A DNA stretch of 64,000 nucleotides, taken from Desulfovibrionaceae bacterium. GTDB taxonomy: Bacteria > Desulfobacterota > Desulfovibrionia > Desulfovibrionales > Desulfovibrionaceae. The stretch is from positions 121,352 through 185,351 of the forward strand of contig JBOFIJ010000006.1 in NCBI GenBank assembly GCA_051650105.1. The letters are read 5' to 3'. The translations under genes were made by a program, and so were the position numbers. Shown in pieces: positions 46,607-56,779 of this stretch. Every line of letters starts with the position of its first letter. Positions within the stretch are counted from its first letter, which is position 1. The notes beneath the pieces were generated by a model. It ran no database searches, had not been told where the DNA came from, and saw nothing but the letters and a program-made list of their open reading frames with translations.

Positions 46607-47035
46607 CTATGTATCTTTACTCTTTACAATAGCATCTAAAACTCCATTAATAAAGGGGAGTGTTTGTCTATCTCCAAAACGTTTTACAAGATCTGATATT
46701 TCACTTAAAATAACCTTTTGAGGTGTTTGAGTATATATAATCTCATACGTTCCTAAACGCAATAAAGAGAGTTCTACTTTTGCAATTCTATTTATTTTCC
46801 AGTATTTTGCATGGTCGCTTATAGAAGTATCTATTGTCTTCAAATGTTCCCATACCCCTTTAATAAGAGACCATGAGAAAGATTCCTCTGTTAAAGAACC
46901 TTTGTATTCTTCCTCTAAAAAAGCGCTAAAAGCAGACAGGAGACACGCTTCTTCTTTATATTCTATATATTCTAGAGAATATAACATCTGGAATGCGAGT
47001 TCTCTTTCTTTACTACGAGACAGTTTCTTATCCAT
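46607..47035 (-). CDS. nusB: Transcription antitermination factor NusB
   Basis: RSKERELAFQMLYSLE N-terminus, in the conserved position after ribH. Confidence 0.88.
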   Translation of the reverse strand: MDKKLSRSKERELAFQMLYSLEYIEYKEEACLLSAFSAFLEEEYKGSLTEESFSWSLIKGVWEHLKTIDTSISDHAKYWKINRIAKVELSLLRLGTYEIIYTQTPQKVILSEISDLVKRFGDRQTLPFINGVLDAIVKSKDT

Positions 47036-47168
47036 GCTTTTTTCCTTGTATGGTAGACTTCATACTGTATAGTTCTTATTATATTCATATAAAAAGTGCA
47101 GTTCTATCACACTTGTGAATACAGTATGTACTCTTTTTGTCATGTAGTATGGTACCTATTGTATTTTC

Positions 47169-47630
47169 CTAAATAGAATCTAACAAAGTACACATTTCTA
47201 TTATTGAAAGAGCGGCATCCACTCCTTTGTTACCGGCCTTTGTTCCAGCTCTTTCAATAGCTTGTTCTATCGTATTTGTGGTAAGTATACCAAATGCTAT
47301 CGGAATAGAATGAGATAATGATATTGTTGATATCCCTTTAGTTACTTCAGAGCAGACATAATCAAAGTGTGGTGTGGAACCTCGAATGACCGCTCCAAGC
47401 GCTATTATTCCGCTTACAGATTTCTTAGATGCTATTTTCTGACAAAGAAGAGGTATTTCGAATGCTCCAGGTACTTTGTACAGTGTTAATGAGGATTCCG
47501 CAATACCATGTCGAATAAGGGTATCTCGTGCTCCTTCTATTAATTTATTTACAATAAAATCATTAAAACGAGATGCAACAATAGCAATTTTATGCTGTTG
47601 TGGCAAAAAATTTCCTTCAATACATTTCAT
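47169..47630 (-). CDS. ribH: 6,7-dimethyl-8-ribityllumazine synthase
   Basis: VPGAFEIP and the typical 153-aa length. Confidence 0.92.
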   Translation of the reverse strand: MKCIEGNFLPQQHKIAIVASRFNDFIVNKLIEGARDTLIRHGIAESSLTLYKVPGAFEIPLLCQKIASKKSVSGIIALGAVIRGSTPHFDYVCSEVTKGISTISLSHSIPIAFGILTTNTIEQAIERAGTKAGNKGVDAALSIIEMCTLLDSI

Positions 47631-47642
47631 ATATACCTCTTT

Positions 47643-48839
47643 TTATAAAGTGTGTCCCATTTTCTCTTTTTTTGTGAGAAGATATTTTTCATTATAGTTA
47701 TTTGGGATTGGGTGTAGTGGAATTTTTTCCACTATATTTATAGAGAGCTCTCGTAGTCGTAATTCTTTATCTGGATTATTGCTTAACAATTGTATTGTTG
47801 TAGCATTAAGATCTCGTAAAATTTGTGCAGCTGTGCTGTATTCTCGCAGGTCTGCATCAAAACCTAAATGTTCATTGGCTTCCACTGTATCTAGACCTTG
47901 GTCTTGAAGAAAATAACTTTTTATTTTGTACTCAAGTCCTATACCTCTGCCTTCTTGTCTTAAGTAAAGAAGAATACCTTTCTCTTGTTTTGCTAGATAC
48001 TGCATGGAGTGTCGTAATTGTTCACCGCAATCGCAACGCAAAGAAGAAAATGTATCCCCTGTTAAACATTCGCTATGCATTCTAACAGGAACAATGTCGC
48101 CTTCTTGTATATTTCCACGTACAAGAGCTATATTTGGTTGTTCTTGTATTTTATCTGGGTATGTTATTAATGTGAAATCACCATATTGTGTTGGCATAAA
48201 TACGGAATCTATTTTTTCGATTGCTAAATTATTTATTGCAATTCTGTAACGTTGCAATTCTTTTATAGAAACTATTGGGATAGAGTGCTTCTCTGAAAAA
48301 ATGAATAAATCTGTAAGACGAGCCATTGTTCCATCATTATTCATAATTTCACAAATGACAGCAGCATGTTTTTTTCCTGCAAGACGAGCTAAATCAACAC
48401 CTGCCTCCGTCTGTCCTGGTCTTTCTAAAACACCTCCTATCTTTGCACGCAAAGGGAATACATGCCCTGGGGATACAAGATCACGAGACGATGCATTGTC
48501 TGCTATAGCTGTTGCTATTGTTGTTGCTCTATCAAATGCTGATATTCCCGTCGAGATACCTTCGCGTGCCTCTATTGAACATGTAAAATTTGTTCCAAAA
48601 GGAGCCTCGTTATTACTTACCATGGGAGAGAGGCAAAGAGAATCTGCCATTGCTGCTGATAATGCAAGGCATATCAATCCTTTCCCGTGGCTTGCCATAA
48701 AATTAATTATTTCTGGTGTTGCATATTCTGCACAGATAACAAGGTCTCCCTCGTTTTCTCTTTTTTCATCGTCTATCACTATAATCATATTGCCTTGTTG
48801 AATATGCATTATGGCTTGTTCTGCAGTAAATAGGGACAT
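47643..48839 (-). CDS. ribBA: Bifunctional DHBP synthase / GTP cyclohydrolase II
   Basis: RENEGDLV (RibB) and the SECLTGD..CDCG zinc site (RibA). Confidence 0.92.
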   Translation of the reverse strand: MSLFTAEQAIMHIQQGNMIIVIDDEKRENEGDLVICAEYATPEIINFMASHGKGLICLALSAAMADSLCLSPMVSNNEAPFGTNFTCSIEAREGISTGISAFDRATTIATAIADNASSRDLVSPGHVFPLRAKIGGVLERPGQTEAGVDLARLAGKKHAAVICEIMNNDGTMARLTDLFIFSEKHSIPIVSIKELQRYRIAINNLAIEKIDSVFMPTQYGDFTLITYPDKIQEQPNIALVRGNIQEGDIVPVRMHSECLTGDTFSSLRCDCGEQLRHSMQYLAKQEKGILLYLRQEGRGIGLEYKIKSYFLQDQGLDTVEANEHLGFDADLREYSTAAQILRDLNATTIQLLSNNPDKELRLRELSINIVEKIPLHPIPNNYNEKYLLTKKEKMGHTL

Positions 48840-48849
48840 TGTTCTCTCC

Positions 48850-49494
48850 TTATTTTAAGAATCCATATTCTTGTAGTAAACCCTTTGTTAATGTGGGAAT
48901 ATCGCTTTTTAAAGACAACATATTGATAACATATTTCCCTAACATATCTGTTTCTATATTCACACATTGTCCTATATTCCAAGAGGCAATTGTGCTTTGT
49001 TTTTGTGTTTCTGGAATTATTGTCACAGTTAACAGAGTATCAGAATACGATGTCACAGTGAGACTAATTCCATTAATTGCTATGGACCCTTTATTAAGTA
49101 TATAGGGACTATATTCTTTAGCAATTGAAAAATGTAAGAGTAAAGACCCATCTCTATCTTCTTTATTTAATAATGTTGCCACTGTATCTATGTGGCCTGT
49201 TACAAAGTGTCCACCCATTCTATCTGTTGGCCGCAATGCTCTTTCTAAGTTAACAAGAGTTCCTAATTCTAGGGCAGTAATATTTGTGCATTCCGCAGTT
49301 GTGGGGGATACATAGCATGTATACGATGTTTTTGTGAATTTTTCCACAGTTAAACAAATTCCATCTAAAGCAATACTTTCTCCTTTGCTAAGATCGTATA
49401 TTTCATGCTGAAATTCCACGGAAATTCTCATGGAAGAATGTAGTACACTCTTTTCACGCAGTATTCCAACATTTTGTATTATACCTGTAAACAT
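48850..49494 (-). CDS. ribE: Riboflavin synthase alpha chain
   Basis: MFTGIIQNVG and the duplicated barrel (GDSIALDGICLTV-like and GSIAINGISLTV). Confidence 0.92.
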   Translation of the reverse strand: MFTGIIQNVGILREKSVLHSSMRISVEFQHEIYDLSKGESIALDGICLTVEKFTKTSYTCYVSPTTAECTNITALELGTLVNLERALRPTDRMGGHFVTGHIDTVATLLNKEDRDGSLLLHFSIAKEYSPYILNKGSIAINGISLTVTSYSDTLLTVTIIPETQKQSTIASWNIGQCVNIETDMLGKYVINMLSLKSDIPTLTKGLLQEYGFLK

Positions 49495-49503
49495 ATTATA
49501 CCT

Positions 49504-50193
49504 CTATATGCTCCAATCTATAGCATGTAATCCGTGTTGTTCTAGATATACATTGGTGTGTAGGAAATGGTTATTACCAACAAAAGCATTACCTGCCAAA
49601 GGAGAAGGGTGTTTACTTTCCAGAATAGTATGTTGTGAGGAGTCTATATATTCCTTTTTTGCTCGTGCATGGTTTCCCCACAAAAGAAAAACAAGATTCT
49701 TCTTTTCTTTCGATAAAATAGAAATAACAGCATTTGTGAACGTATTCCAACCCCAATCTTTATGAGAATTTGCCTTATTGGCTTCTACGGTTAAGGATGT
49801 ATTTAGTAAAAAAACTCCTTGTGCTGCCCAAGAACTAAGGTCTCCATGCTGTGGCATTGGAAGTAAAAGGGATCGCGTTATTTCCTTAAATATATTTTGT
49901 AGGGATGGCGGAATAGCTATTTCTTTTGGAACAGAGAAGGAAAGGCCCATAGCTTGTCCCTTATTGTGGTACGGATCCTGACCTAAAATAATAACCTTCA
50001 CAGAAGTAAAAGGGGTGAGCATAAAAGCATTGAATACCTTATTTGCTGGCGGATAAATCTGTGCTTTTCTTGAAATACTTTCTATATAGTTTTTTTTAAT
50101 AGCAAGAAAATATTCTTTAGTAAATTCTTCTTGTAGAACTTCTTTCCAACAAGAACTCATTTGTAGTTTATTTGTATCTATATGGTGAGACAT
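49504..50193 (-). CDS. ung: Uracil-DNA glycosylase (family 1)
   Basis: GQDPYH water-activating loop and HPSPL leucine loop. Confidence 0.92.
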   Translation of the reverse strand: MSHHIDTNKLQMSSCWKEVLQEEFTKEYFLAIKKNYIESISRKAQIYPPANKVFNAFMLTPFTSVKVIILGQDPYHNKGQAMGLSFSVPKEIAIPPSLQNIFKEITRSLLLPMPQHGDLSSWAAQGVFLLNTSLTVEANKANSHKDWGWNTFTNAVISILSKEKKNLVFLLWGNHARAKKEYIDSSQHTILESKHPSPLAGNAFVGNNHFLHTNVYLEQHGLHAIDWSI

Positions 50194-50519
50194 TGTTGCC
50201 TTCTGCTTCTGGAGTCGGGGTATGATACCTATTCGTTAGAAAAGAGTCAAGAGAAAGTCTTTCAATTCTTATTCTGGATTCTGATTTTCAGGAGATTATT
50301 AAGAAATTCTAAACAAAATATTTTCTCATAAAAAAGAACTATTCCTTATATTTTCGTATAGTTATTTTTCTAAAAATAATAAGAAGAATAAAAGAGTATT
50401 GCATGTGAAATACATTATGTGTAGCCCAGGAAATAATTTCTTGCATTCTTATGTGGTATTATTTTACTAGAATAAGAAGAGAGTATGGAATATGTATTAA
50501 ATAATAATATTTTTTTCAA

Positions 50520-51695
50520 TTATTGGGACTTTGTAATAAATTTTTTTAAAGAGATAATTTTTATTGTAGTATTGCGCGTTTTACTCCAGCATTGTAGTGC
50601 TGCAATAGTTGTTGGTGCTGGGTGTCCTATTGCCAAAGCTTTACCATATTTTTTAGATAATCGTTCTGTTTCTTTTAATTGTTTCAATGTGTGTTCTCGT
50701 GTTCTTTCATGGTCTAAAAAAACATGACGTTTTGCTGTAAGCACATTCATTTTTCTTGCTGTACTGTGTAATATGGATCTTGGATGAGTGACACTGTCTA
50801 CAATAATAAACTCTGGATATTCTTGTTTTATATATTGTATGAGTGAAATAACAAAATTAGTGCTTTGTGTTGCCTTTGAACCCATATGGTTATTCATACC
50901 TATAGCATGAGGTACAGCCTCTATTGCCTTTTTAATATGCCTATGTAGAATTCTTCCCTTCATAGTACTAAGAAGTGTGCCTTTACCCGAATGAATTTTA
51001 GGATAGCCATCGGGTTCCATAGGCATATGAATAATCATTTCCTGTTTGTGCTTTTTTAAGAGATTCATACTTGCTTGTGTTTTTGATGAAAATGGCCACA
51101 GTGCATATGTCATAGAAAATGGTAATTGAAGAAGTTGTTTCACAGTATCTATATTTTCACCAATATCATCTATTATTATTGTCATATACGTATCTGTCTG
51201 CTGTGCATTTTTTGGGGGGACGTTTGGGATATAAATTGTGTGAGTAATAATGCCATCTATAAAAACCTTAATATGAGTATTGCCTACATTGTTTATTGAA
51301 AATGATTTTGGATAGATTTGTTCAAGTTCTACAATTTCTTGCAAAAATGTTTTAGATATTGTACCTGAAATTGTGAATTCCTGATAAAAATACCACGAAT
51401 TTCTGTAGATTCTTCTTTGTGTGGATAATAAAGAAAGTACGTTGATATCATAGTCAAAATCTGAAATTGTTTGTAGGAGAAGAAGATCAAAATATCGTAT
51501 TTTTTCTGAAAGGCTGAGTTCTTTCACAAAGATATCATCTTGTGTAGTGTATTCAATGCTTTGTTTTGTATATGTGGGAATATTTTCTTGTGTAGATACT
51601 AGTATTGTAGCATGTACTGTAATAGGAAAAAGAAGAATGCACAACAAACACATATTGTGATAAAAAGTAAAAAGAATATGACGTCTGTTGTGCAT
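50520..51695 (-). CDS. yibQ: Divergent polysaccharide deacetylase family protein (YibQ-like) with long N-terminal domain
   Basis: C-terminal block IIIDDIG..MPMEP..MNNHMGS is typical of the YibQ family. It sits downstream of envC and ctpA, as in many proteobacteria. Confidence 0.7.
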   Translation of the reverse strand: MHNRRHILFTFYHNMCLLCILLFPITVHATILVSTQENIPTYTKQSIEYTTQDDIFVKELSLSEKIRYFDLLLLQTISDFDYDINVLSLLSTQRRIYRNSWYFYQEFTISGTISKTFLQEIVELEQIYPKSFSINNVGNTHIKVFIDGIITHTIYIPNVPPKNAQQTDTYMTIIIDDIGENIDTVKQLLQLPFSMTYALWPFSSKTQASMNLLKKHKQEMIIHMPMEPDGYPKIHSGKGTLLSTMKGRILHRHIKKAIEAVPHAIGMNNHMGSKATQSTNFVISLIQYIKQEYPEFIIVDSVTHPRSILHSTARKMNVLTAKRHVFLDHERTREHTLKQLKETERLSKKYGKALAIGHPAPTTIAALQCWSKTRNTTIKIISLKKFITKSQ

Positions 51696-51710
51696 TATAT
51701 GAAATCTAAT

Positions 51711-53045
51711 TTATGAAGATATCTGACCAAGACGAGGGAGGCTTTTTAATATTTGTACAGCAGTTCTCAATTGGTTATCTTCAATAAGAGATTGTTTTCC
51801 TTGCTCTTCAAGATCTTTTGCCTTCTGACTTTCTTCCTTTGTGGATTTCTTTTGCTTTTGATCTAATTCCAAATGTTTATCAAGATCCTTTTCTCTTCTT
51901 GGCGTATATGAAGATAAAAGAGAAAGTTGATCTTTTGTAAGGGGTATATATGGAACGATAATATCTGGTGTAATGCCCTCTGCTTGAATAGAAATATTAT
52001 TTGGAGTATAATATAATGCTACCGTCAATTTTAGACCACTTCCGTCACCAAGAGGAAGAACATGTTGTACAGACCCCTTTCCAAACGTGGGTTCTCCAAC
52101 TAGGATAGACCGTTTGTGGTCACGCAGAGCACCAGCGACAATTTCAGACGCAGATGCTGATCCAGAATTAACTAGGACAATGACTGGCATTGTAACGTCT
52201 GAAGGTTGTGATTTTGCCTGATATTTTATATTGTTGCTGGGAACTCTTCCTTTTATTGAAACAATGGTTCCTTTAGAAAGAAACATATCTGCAACATTTA
52301 CAGCTTGGTCTAGACCACCACCTGGATTATTGCGTAGATCTAATATAATTCCTTTTGCTCCAACTTTTTGTGCATCTCCTATTGCTTTTGCCATTTCTTG
52401 TGTTGTTTTATTACTAAAACGAGAGAGTCGTATCCAGTAATAATCTTCTAGAGGCATGGCTCTCACGCTTATTAAAGGGATAGTGTCTCTTTTTACGGAA
52501 AATACTTTGCGCTCATTTTGGGGCTTTCGTAGAATAGTTAATTCTACAATAGAATCTTTTGCACCGCGAATACGTTTTATTGCTTCTGAAGGGGAAAGAG
52601 TATTTACTGGAATATTATCTATACCGATAATAACATCACCTGCTTGTATGCCTGCTTTTGCTGCAGGAGCATCCAAAATTGGTGAGATAACTACTAAATT
52701 TCCGTCTTGTGCAGAAATTTCTACCCCTATTCCGAAAAATTCACCAGAGATATTTTCTTGAATTTCTTTAAATTCTTCTTTTGTTAAAAATGATGAATGA
52801 GGATCCAAATTCTCCAACATACCCTTTAAGGCACCATCTATTATTTTTGATCTTGGCTCAGATTCCACATACGTTTTTTCTACTAGGTCTAGTACGTAGC
52901 TGAAACGTTTCAGTGCTTCTATTTGGTCTGTTCTATCATTTTCTTGGTCTTTAGATGGCATTGTTTGTGTGTATGACACGGCGGAGAAAATGCTGGCAAT
53001 TGCAACAACTATGGTTAAAAAACTATAACGTATTATTTTGAACAT
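51711..53045 (-). CDS. ctpA: Carboxy-terminal processing (S41) protease with PDZ domain
   Basis: PDZ segment GIGVEI..GDVIIGID, catalytic Ser in NSGSASASEI, and Lys in TFGKGSVQ. Confidence 0.9.
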   Translation of the reverse strand: MFKIIRYSFLTIVVAIASIFSAVSYTQTMPSKDQENDRTDQIEALKRFSYVLDLVEKTYVESEPRSKIIDGALKGMLENLDPHSSFLTKEEFKEIQENISGEFFGIGVEISAQDGNLVVISPILDAPAAKAGIQAGDVIIGIDNIPVNTLSPSEAIKRIRGAKDSIVELTILRKPQNERKVFSVKRDTIPLISVRAMPLEDYYWIRLSRFSNKTTQEMAKAIGDAQKVGAKGIILDLRNNPGGGLDQAVNVADMFLSKGTIVSIKGRVPSNNIKYQAKSQPSDVTMPVIVLVNSGSASASEIVAGALRDHKRSILVGEPTFGKGSVQHVLPLGDGSGLKLTVALYYTPNNISIQAEGITPDIIVPYIPLTKDQLSLLSSYTPRREKDLDKHLELDQKQKKSTKEESQKAKDLEEQGKQSLIEDNQLRTAVQILKSLPRLGQISS

Positions 53046-53080
53046 AAGTGCCTCTTAGTATGATTAATATAAAAGTTTTA

Positions 53081-54187
53081 CTATTTTTTTATCCATTGTT
53101 TAGGATCTACAGTTTTCTCATTTTTTCGTAGCTCAAAGTATAGACCAGAACCATTTACTTCGGGATAAAATCCAACATTTCCTATTTTTGAACCTTGTTG
53201 TATATTTGAATTTACTTCTAAAGGCGAGGAAGATAAAAATGCATATAATGAATAATATGAACCGCCGTGGGCAACAATAACTACTTTTCCAAAACCTCGT
53301 AATATGTCATTATGGACAACTTTACCATCAGCTATAGCAGATACAGAAATATTATCCGCTGTAGCAAAACCAATACCTTTCACTGGGGGAGATTTAAAAG
53401 GAGCATAGTGTACCTTGATTGCCCCTTGCACAGGAGAAGGTAAGAATCCTTTTGTCTTAGCAGTAATTTTTCCAACATTTTTCTTATCTTCTAATTTATC
53501 TTGGATACCTATAATAATATTTAATATGCCCTGCAGTTCTTGTTCTGCAGTTTTTCTGTTTTTTTGAATAGCATTTAGTTTTTTGTTGTAATCAACTGAA
53601 AGAACTAAAAGAGCGTTAAGTTGTTTTTCTAAACCTTTGGACACATTTTCTTGCTCAATATAGTTATTGTTTTGTTTTTCTAAAGCGAGCGTCGTTTCTG
53701 TTTCTTCTTGTGCTAATTTCTGGTATTCTTCCTCGACAGTGTTCATGATGTATTGAACCCAGATATAATCTCGTTCTTCTTCATAAAGAGAAAAATCTTT
53801 TTGATGCGGTACTTGGAACTGTTTAATATGGAGTGGCCATAAGGCATTAAGAAGCGTCTCAATGTGTTTTTCTCGCTTTTGTTTTTGTTTTTGAAGGTAT
53901 TCTAGCTGATACATAATTTGTGTTGCTTTTTGCTGCAATTTATTAAGTACCAATTGCTGCTTGGCAATGCTATCTTCCATCTTCTTCACAGCATTTTGTG
54001 CTTTTTGAAGATCTGTCTTAACCATTTTCTCTTCTTGTGTAAGTTCCTTAATTGTTTCTTTTTGTTGTTTTACAACTGTTTTTTTCTGTTCTAATTCCTT
54101 TTCCAGAGTATTTGTTTGAGCAAAAGAATCAGTGGAATAAGCAGTGTAAAAAGCATAAAAGACTATCTTAAGAAGAAATGTACGCAT
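53081..54187 (-). CDS. envC: EnvC-like murein hydrolase activator (coiled coil + degenerate LytM/M23 domain)
   Basis: Colinear with the E. coli EnvC C-terminus (AIADGKVV..GFGKVVIVAHGG..SLYAF..LYFELR). The HxxxD and HxH metal ligands are absent, as in EnvC. Confidence 0.8.
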   Translation of the reverse strand: MRTFLLKIVFYAFYTAYSTDSFAQTNTLEKELEQKKTVVKQQKETIKELTQEEKMVKTDLQKAQNAVKKMEDSIAKQQLVLNKLQQKATQIMYQLEYLQKQKQKREKHIETLLNALWPLHIKQFQVPHQKDFSLYEEERDYIWVQYIMNTVEEEYQKLAQEETETTLALEKQNNNYIEQENVSKGLEKQLNALLVLSVDYNKKLNAIQKNRKTAEQELQGILNIIIGIQDKLEDKKNVGKITAKTKGFLPSPVQGAIKVHYAPFKSPPVKGIGFATADNISVSAIADGKVVHNDILRGFGKVVIVAHGGSYYSLYAFLSSSPLEVNSNIQQGSKIGNVGFYPEVNGSGLYFELRKNEKTVDPKQWIKK

Positions 54188-54867
54188 TAAAAATACTCCC
54201 TTTCTTCAAAAGGATACAAAACGCATTCAATGCAAATTGCCTTATTTCGTCTACACCATTTTTGGCCTATATATATTAATGAAGAATAGTACCTCTTGTA
54301 TAATATCATATCTTCCTCTAGAACGTCCATAAAAAAATCTTGTAAATCCTGATACGTACAAAATTCTTCTATTAATCCGTGTCTTTGAAGGATTCTTGCA
54401 GTATATGCACCTACTGGGAATATTGGGTGATCAAAACAAAATAACAATAGTAAATCAGCTGTTTCTTGGCCAATCCCTTTGCAAGAGAGGAGTTTATTGC
54501 GCAATGTTTGTGTATTTTCCTCTTGTAACATTTGTTCAGAAAAAGTATAAGTAGAAAAAAGAGAGAATAGTGTTATAAGTGTTTGAGATTTTTGAATAAA
54601 AAATCCAGCCGGTCTTATATAGTCTTGTAATTCCTTTTCTGTATATTCAAAGATAGTTTCTGGATTACTAAATAGAGTGCTACTGCGTAAATTTGTGATT
54701 GCTTTTTGTGCATTCTTCCATGTTGTATTTTGACAAAGAACTGCACCTATGGATCTTTCCCAACAAGAAGTGGCTTCCCACCAAGAATCGCTGGTGAGAT
54801 CTTTTATTGTGTTATACCACATAGAGAGTATGTTGTTTACATTCTTTTTGCTTGACATTATCCACAT
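54187..54867 (-). CDS. MagIII/EndoIII-related HhH-GPD superfamily protein lacking the catalytic Asp
   Basis: WWEATSCWERSIGAVLCQNT, IRPAGFFIQKSQ and KGIGQETADLLL parallel H. pylori MagIII as I remember it. The position of the catalytic Asp (VVDKYS / AIDTHV) reads PVGAYT. A TAATG overlap joins it to envC. Confidence 0.7.
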   Translation of the reverse strand: MWIMSSKKNVNNILSMWYNTIKDLTSDSWWEATSCWERSIGAVLCQNTTWKNAQKAITNLRSSTLFSNPETIFEYTEKELQDYIRPAGFFIQKSQTLITLFSLFSTYTFSEQMLQEENTQTLRNKLLSCKGIGQETADLLLLFCFDHPIFPVGAYTARILQRHGLIEEFCTYQDLQDFFMDVLEEDMILYKRYYSSLIYIGQKWCRRNKAICIECVLYPFEEREYF

Positions 54868-54929
54868 TTCTTGTAAGAACTAAGGGTATATAGTTACAGT
54901 CGTTTTTATAGATCCATATTACAATAGTG

Positions 54930-55403
54930 ATGAAAGAAATGCAAGAGCTCGTTCAAGATATAAAGTGTGTTTATCTTAGGGATGCACGTGCCCTGTATGG
55001 CGAAAATGGTTTATCGTGTGCTTCTGTGGGAGCAGCGGGTATGGATTTACGATCTTGTCTAGAAGGGGTTGTTGTTAATCCTTTCCAGCGTGTTTTGATC
55101 CCCTCTGGAATTAGTTTGGCTATCCCTTCTTGTCTTGTAGGGGCTGTTTATTCTCGTTCTGGGCTTGGTGCAAAATATGGTATTGTTGTCACACAGGGTG
55201 TGGGTCTTATTGATTCAGACTATAGGGGTGAAATTACTATACCCATCTATAATTTGTCTAGTGAAGCATATACGATTGAAAAAGGCGAAAGAATAGCACA
55301 AATTGTTTTCCATCCTTTCGTTCAAAGTACTATTGTTGTAGTGGATATGCTTTGTGAAACAGAACGAGGAGAGGGTGGTTTTGGGCATACTGGATTATTA
55401 TAA
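54930..55403 (+). CDS. dut: dUTP diphosphatase
   Basis: Motifs AAGMDLRS, RSGLGAKYGI, GLIDSDYRGEI and RGEGGFGHTG. Confidence 0.92.
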   Translation: MKEMQELVQDIKCVYLRDARALYGENGLSCASVGAAGMDLRSCLEGVVVNPFQRVLIPSGISLAIPSCLVGAVYSRSGLGAKYGIVVTQGVGLIDSDYRGEITIPIYNLSSEAYTIEKGERIAQIVFHPFVQSTIVVVDMLCETERGEGGFGHTGLL

Positions 55404-55502
55404 GAATTCTTTGGTTTTTAGTTAAGGTTTTCGTTGCTATTTCTATGTCTTTATGCAAGAATGCTGAGTAATTCTGTGCGTTTACTCTCCATGGAGGCAA
55501 TT

Positions 55503-56777
55503 ATGACTGTTTTTTCTTTTATCCATGCTGCAGATATACATTTGGACACTCCTTTTCGCAATATCTCTCAATCTCTTCCTGAGGAGTGCAAAAAAATGTT
55601 ATGCGGTGCTCCGGTGAAGGCTTTGCATAATATTGCTGATATTGCAGTGAATAAGGGTGTGGATTGTGTTATATTCGCTGGAGATATTTATAACGGAGTG
55701 GATAAAAGCATTGCTGGGCAATTAGAGCTTATTAATTTTGCAAAAATACTTGAAAAAGAGGATATTCCTTTCTTTATTGCACATGGGAATCATGATCCAT
55801 TTGTTAGTGATATACAAACGCTTTCTTATCCAGATAATACATTTGTATTTCCACCTATTCCTCATAGCAGATATTTGTACAATAAGAGCAATGAAGTTGT
55901 TGCAGTTATACATGGGATAAGCCATGAAGTGCAGCATGAAGAACGTAATTTAGCTGCTCTTTTTTCACCAGAAGAGACAAGCCTTTTTCAGATAGCTGTT
56001 TTGCATTGTACATTAGGGAATATTGATACTCGGTCAAAAATACAATATGCGCCGTGTTCCTTGGAAGGGCTTTTATCTTCAGGGATGCACTATTGGGCTC
56101 TTGGCCATGTACACACTAGGGATGTTTTGCACCAATATCCGCATGTTGTGTACCCTGGAAATACGCAGGGTTTACATTCTAATGAGAGAGGATTGCGTGG
56201 TGTGTACCACGTACACGTCGATAACGGTACGGTTACAATGGAATTTCATAACACAGCACCAGTTATTTTCAAGGATATTACATTAATTCTTGATGAAGAA
56301 GAAACTTGGAATTCGCTTTTAGAGAAGATAGAACCAGCTATGGAAGATGTGTTGCGAGCAGAATCTGTGGATAACGTTGAATTTTTTATTGTTACGTTGT
56401 CCCTGCAGGGTGCTTCATCCCTTAATTCTTTGTTAAGAGAGCAATCCTCTGAATTACAAGGAGTGTTTCAGAAAATACTTCCTACCTCATTTCCTGTGTG
56501 GATTCAGAATGTTGTGGTAGCTACTCAAGAATGTATTGATTTTGAAGAAATTATGCAGAGGCTTGATATTGTTGGTGAAACAAGCCGTATTGCAGAGGAA
56601 TTGCTAGTTAACGTTAAAGAACAAGAAAAGCTCATGGAGACAATAAAGAAAGAGCTTTTTTTTGCAAGAGGGCTAGCTAGAAATTCGTATTCTACGGATT
56701 TAATGGAGATTTCTATGAAGGATGTCATTCAGGAAGCACAAAGAGCATGTGTGTATCTCTTTGATGAGAGGAAATAG
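55503..56777 (+). CDS. Metallophosphoesterase, SbcD/YhaO-like DNA repair exonuclease
   Basis: Motifs HAADIHLD, AGDIYN, AHGNHD and LGHVH. A GGAGG Shine-Dalgarno lies 5 nt before ATG 55503, and the ORF-track start is 55434. Confidence 0.8.
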   Translation: MTVFSFIHAADIHLDTPFRNISQSLPEECKKMLCGAPVKALHNIADIAVNKGVDCVIFAGDIYNGVDKSIAGQLELINFAKILEKEDIPFFIAHGNHDPFVSDIQTLSYPDNTFVFPPIPHSRYLYNKSNEVVAVIHGISHEVQHEERNLAALFSPEETSLFQIAVLHCTLGNIDTRSKIQYAPCSLEGLLSSGMHYWALGHVHTRDVLHQYPHVVYPGNTQGLHSNERGLRGVYHVHVDNGTVTMEFHNTAPVIFKDITLILDEEETWNSLLEKIEPAMEDVLRAESVDNVEFFIVTLSLQGASSLNSLLREQSSELQGVFQKILPTSFPVWIQNVVVATQECIDFEEIMQRLDIVGETSRIAEELLVNVKEQEKLMETIKKELFFARGLARNSYSTDLMEISMKDVIQEAQRACVYLFDERK

Positions 56778-56779
56778 TT

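Noticed and set aside
50194-50519. FMN (RFN) riboswitch upstream of the ung-rib operon.
   Set aside because: I read the coding-strand sequence and found none of the conserved RFN blocks (for example GGTGAAATTCC or AGTCTGGATG).
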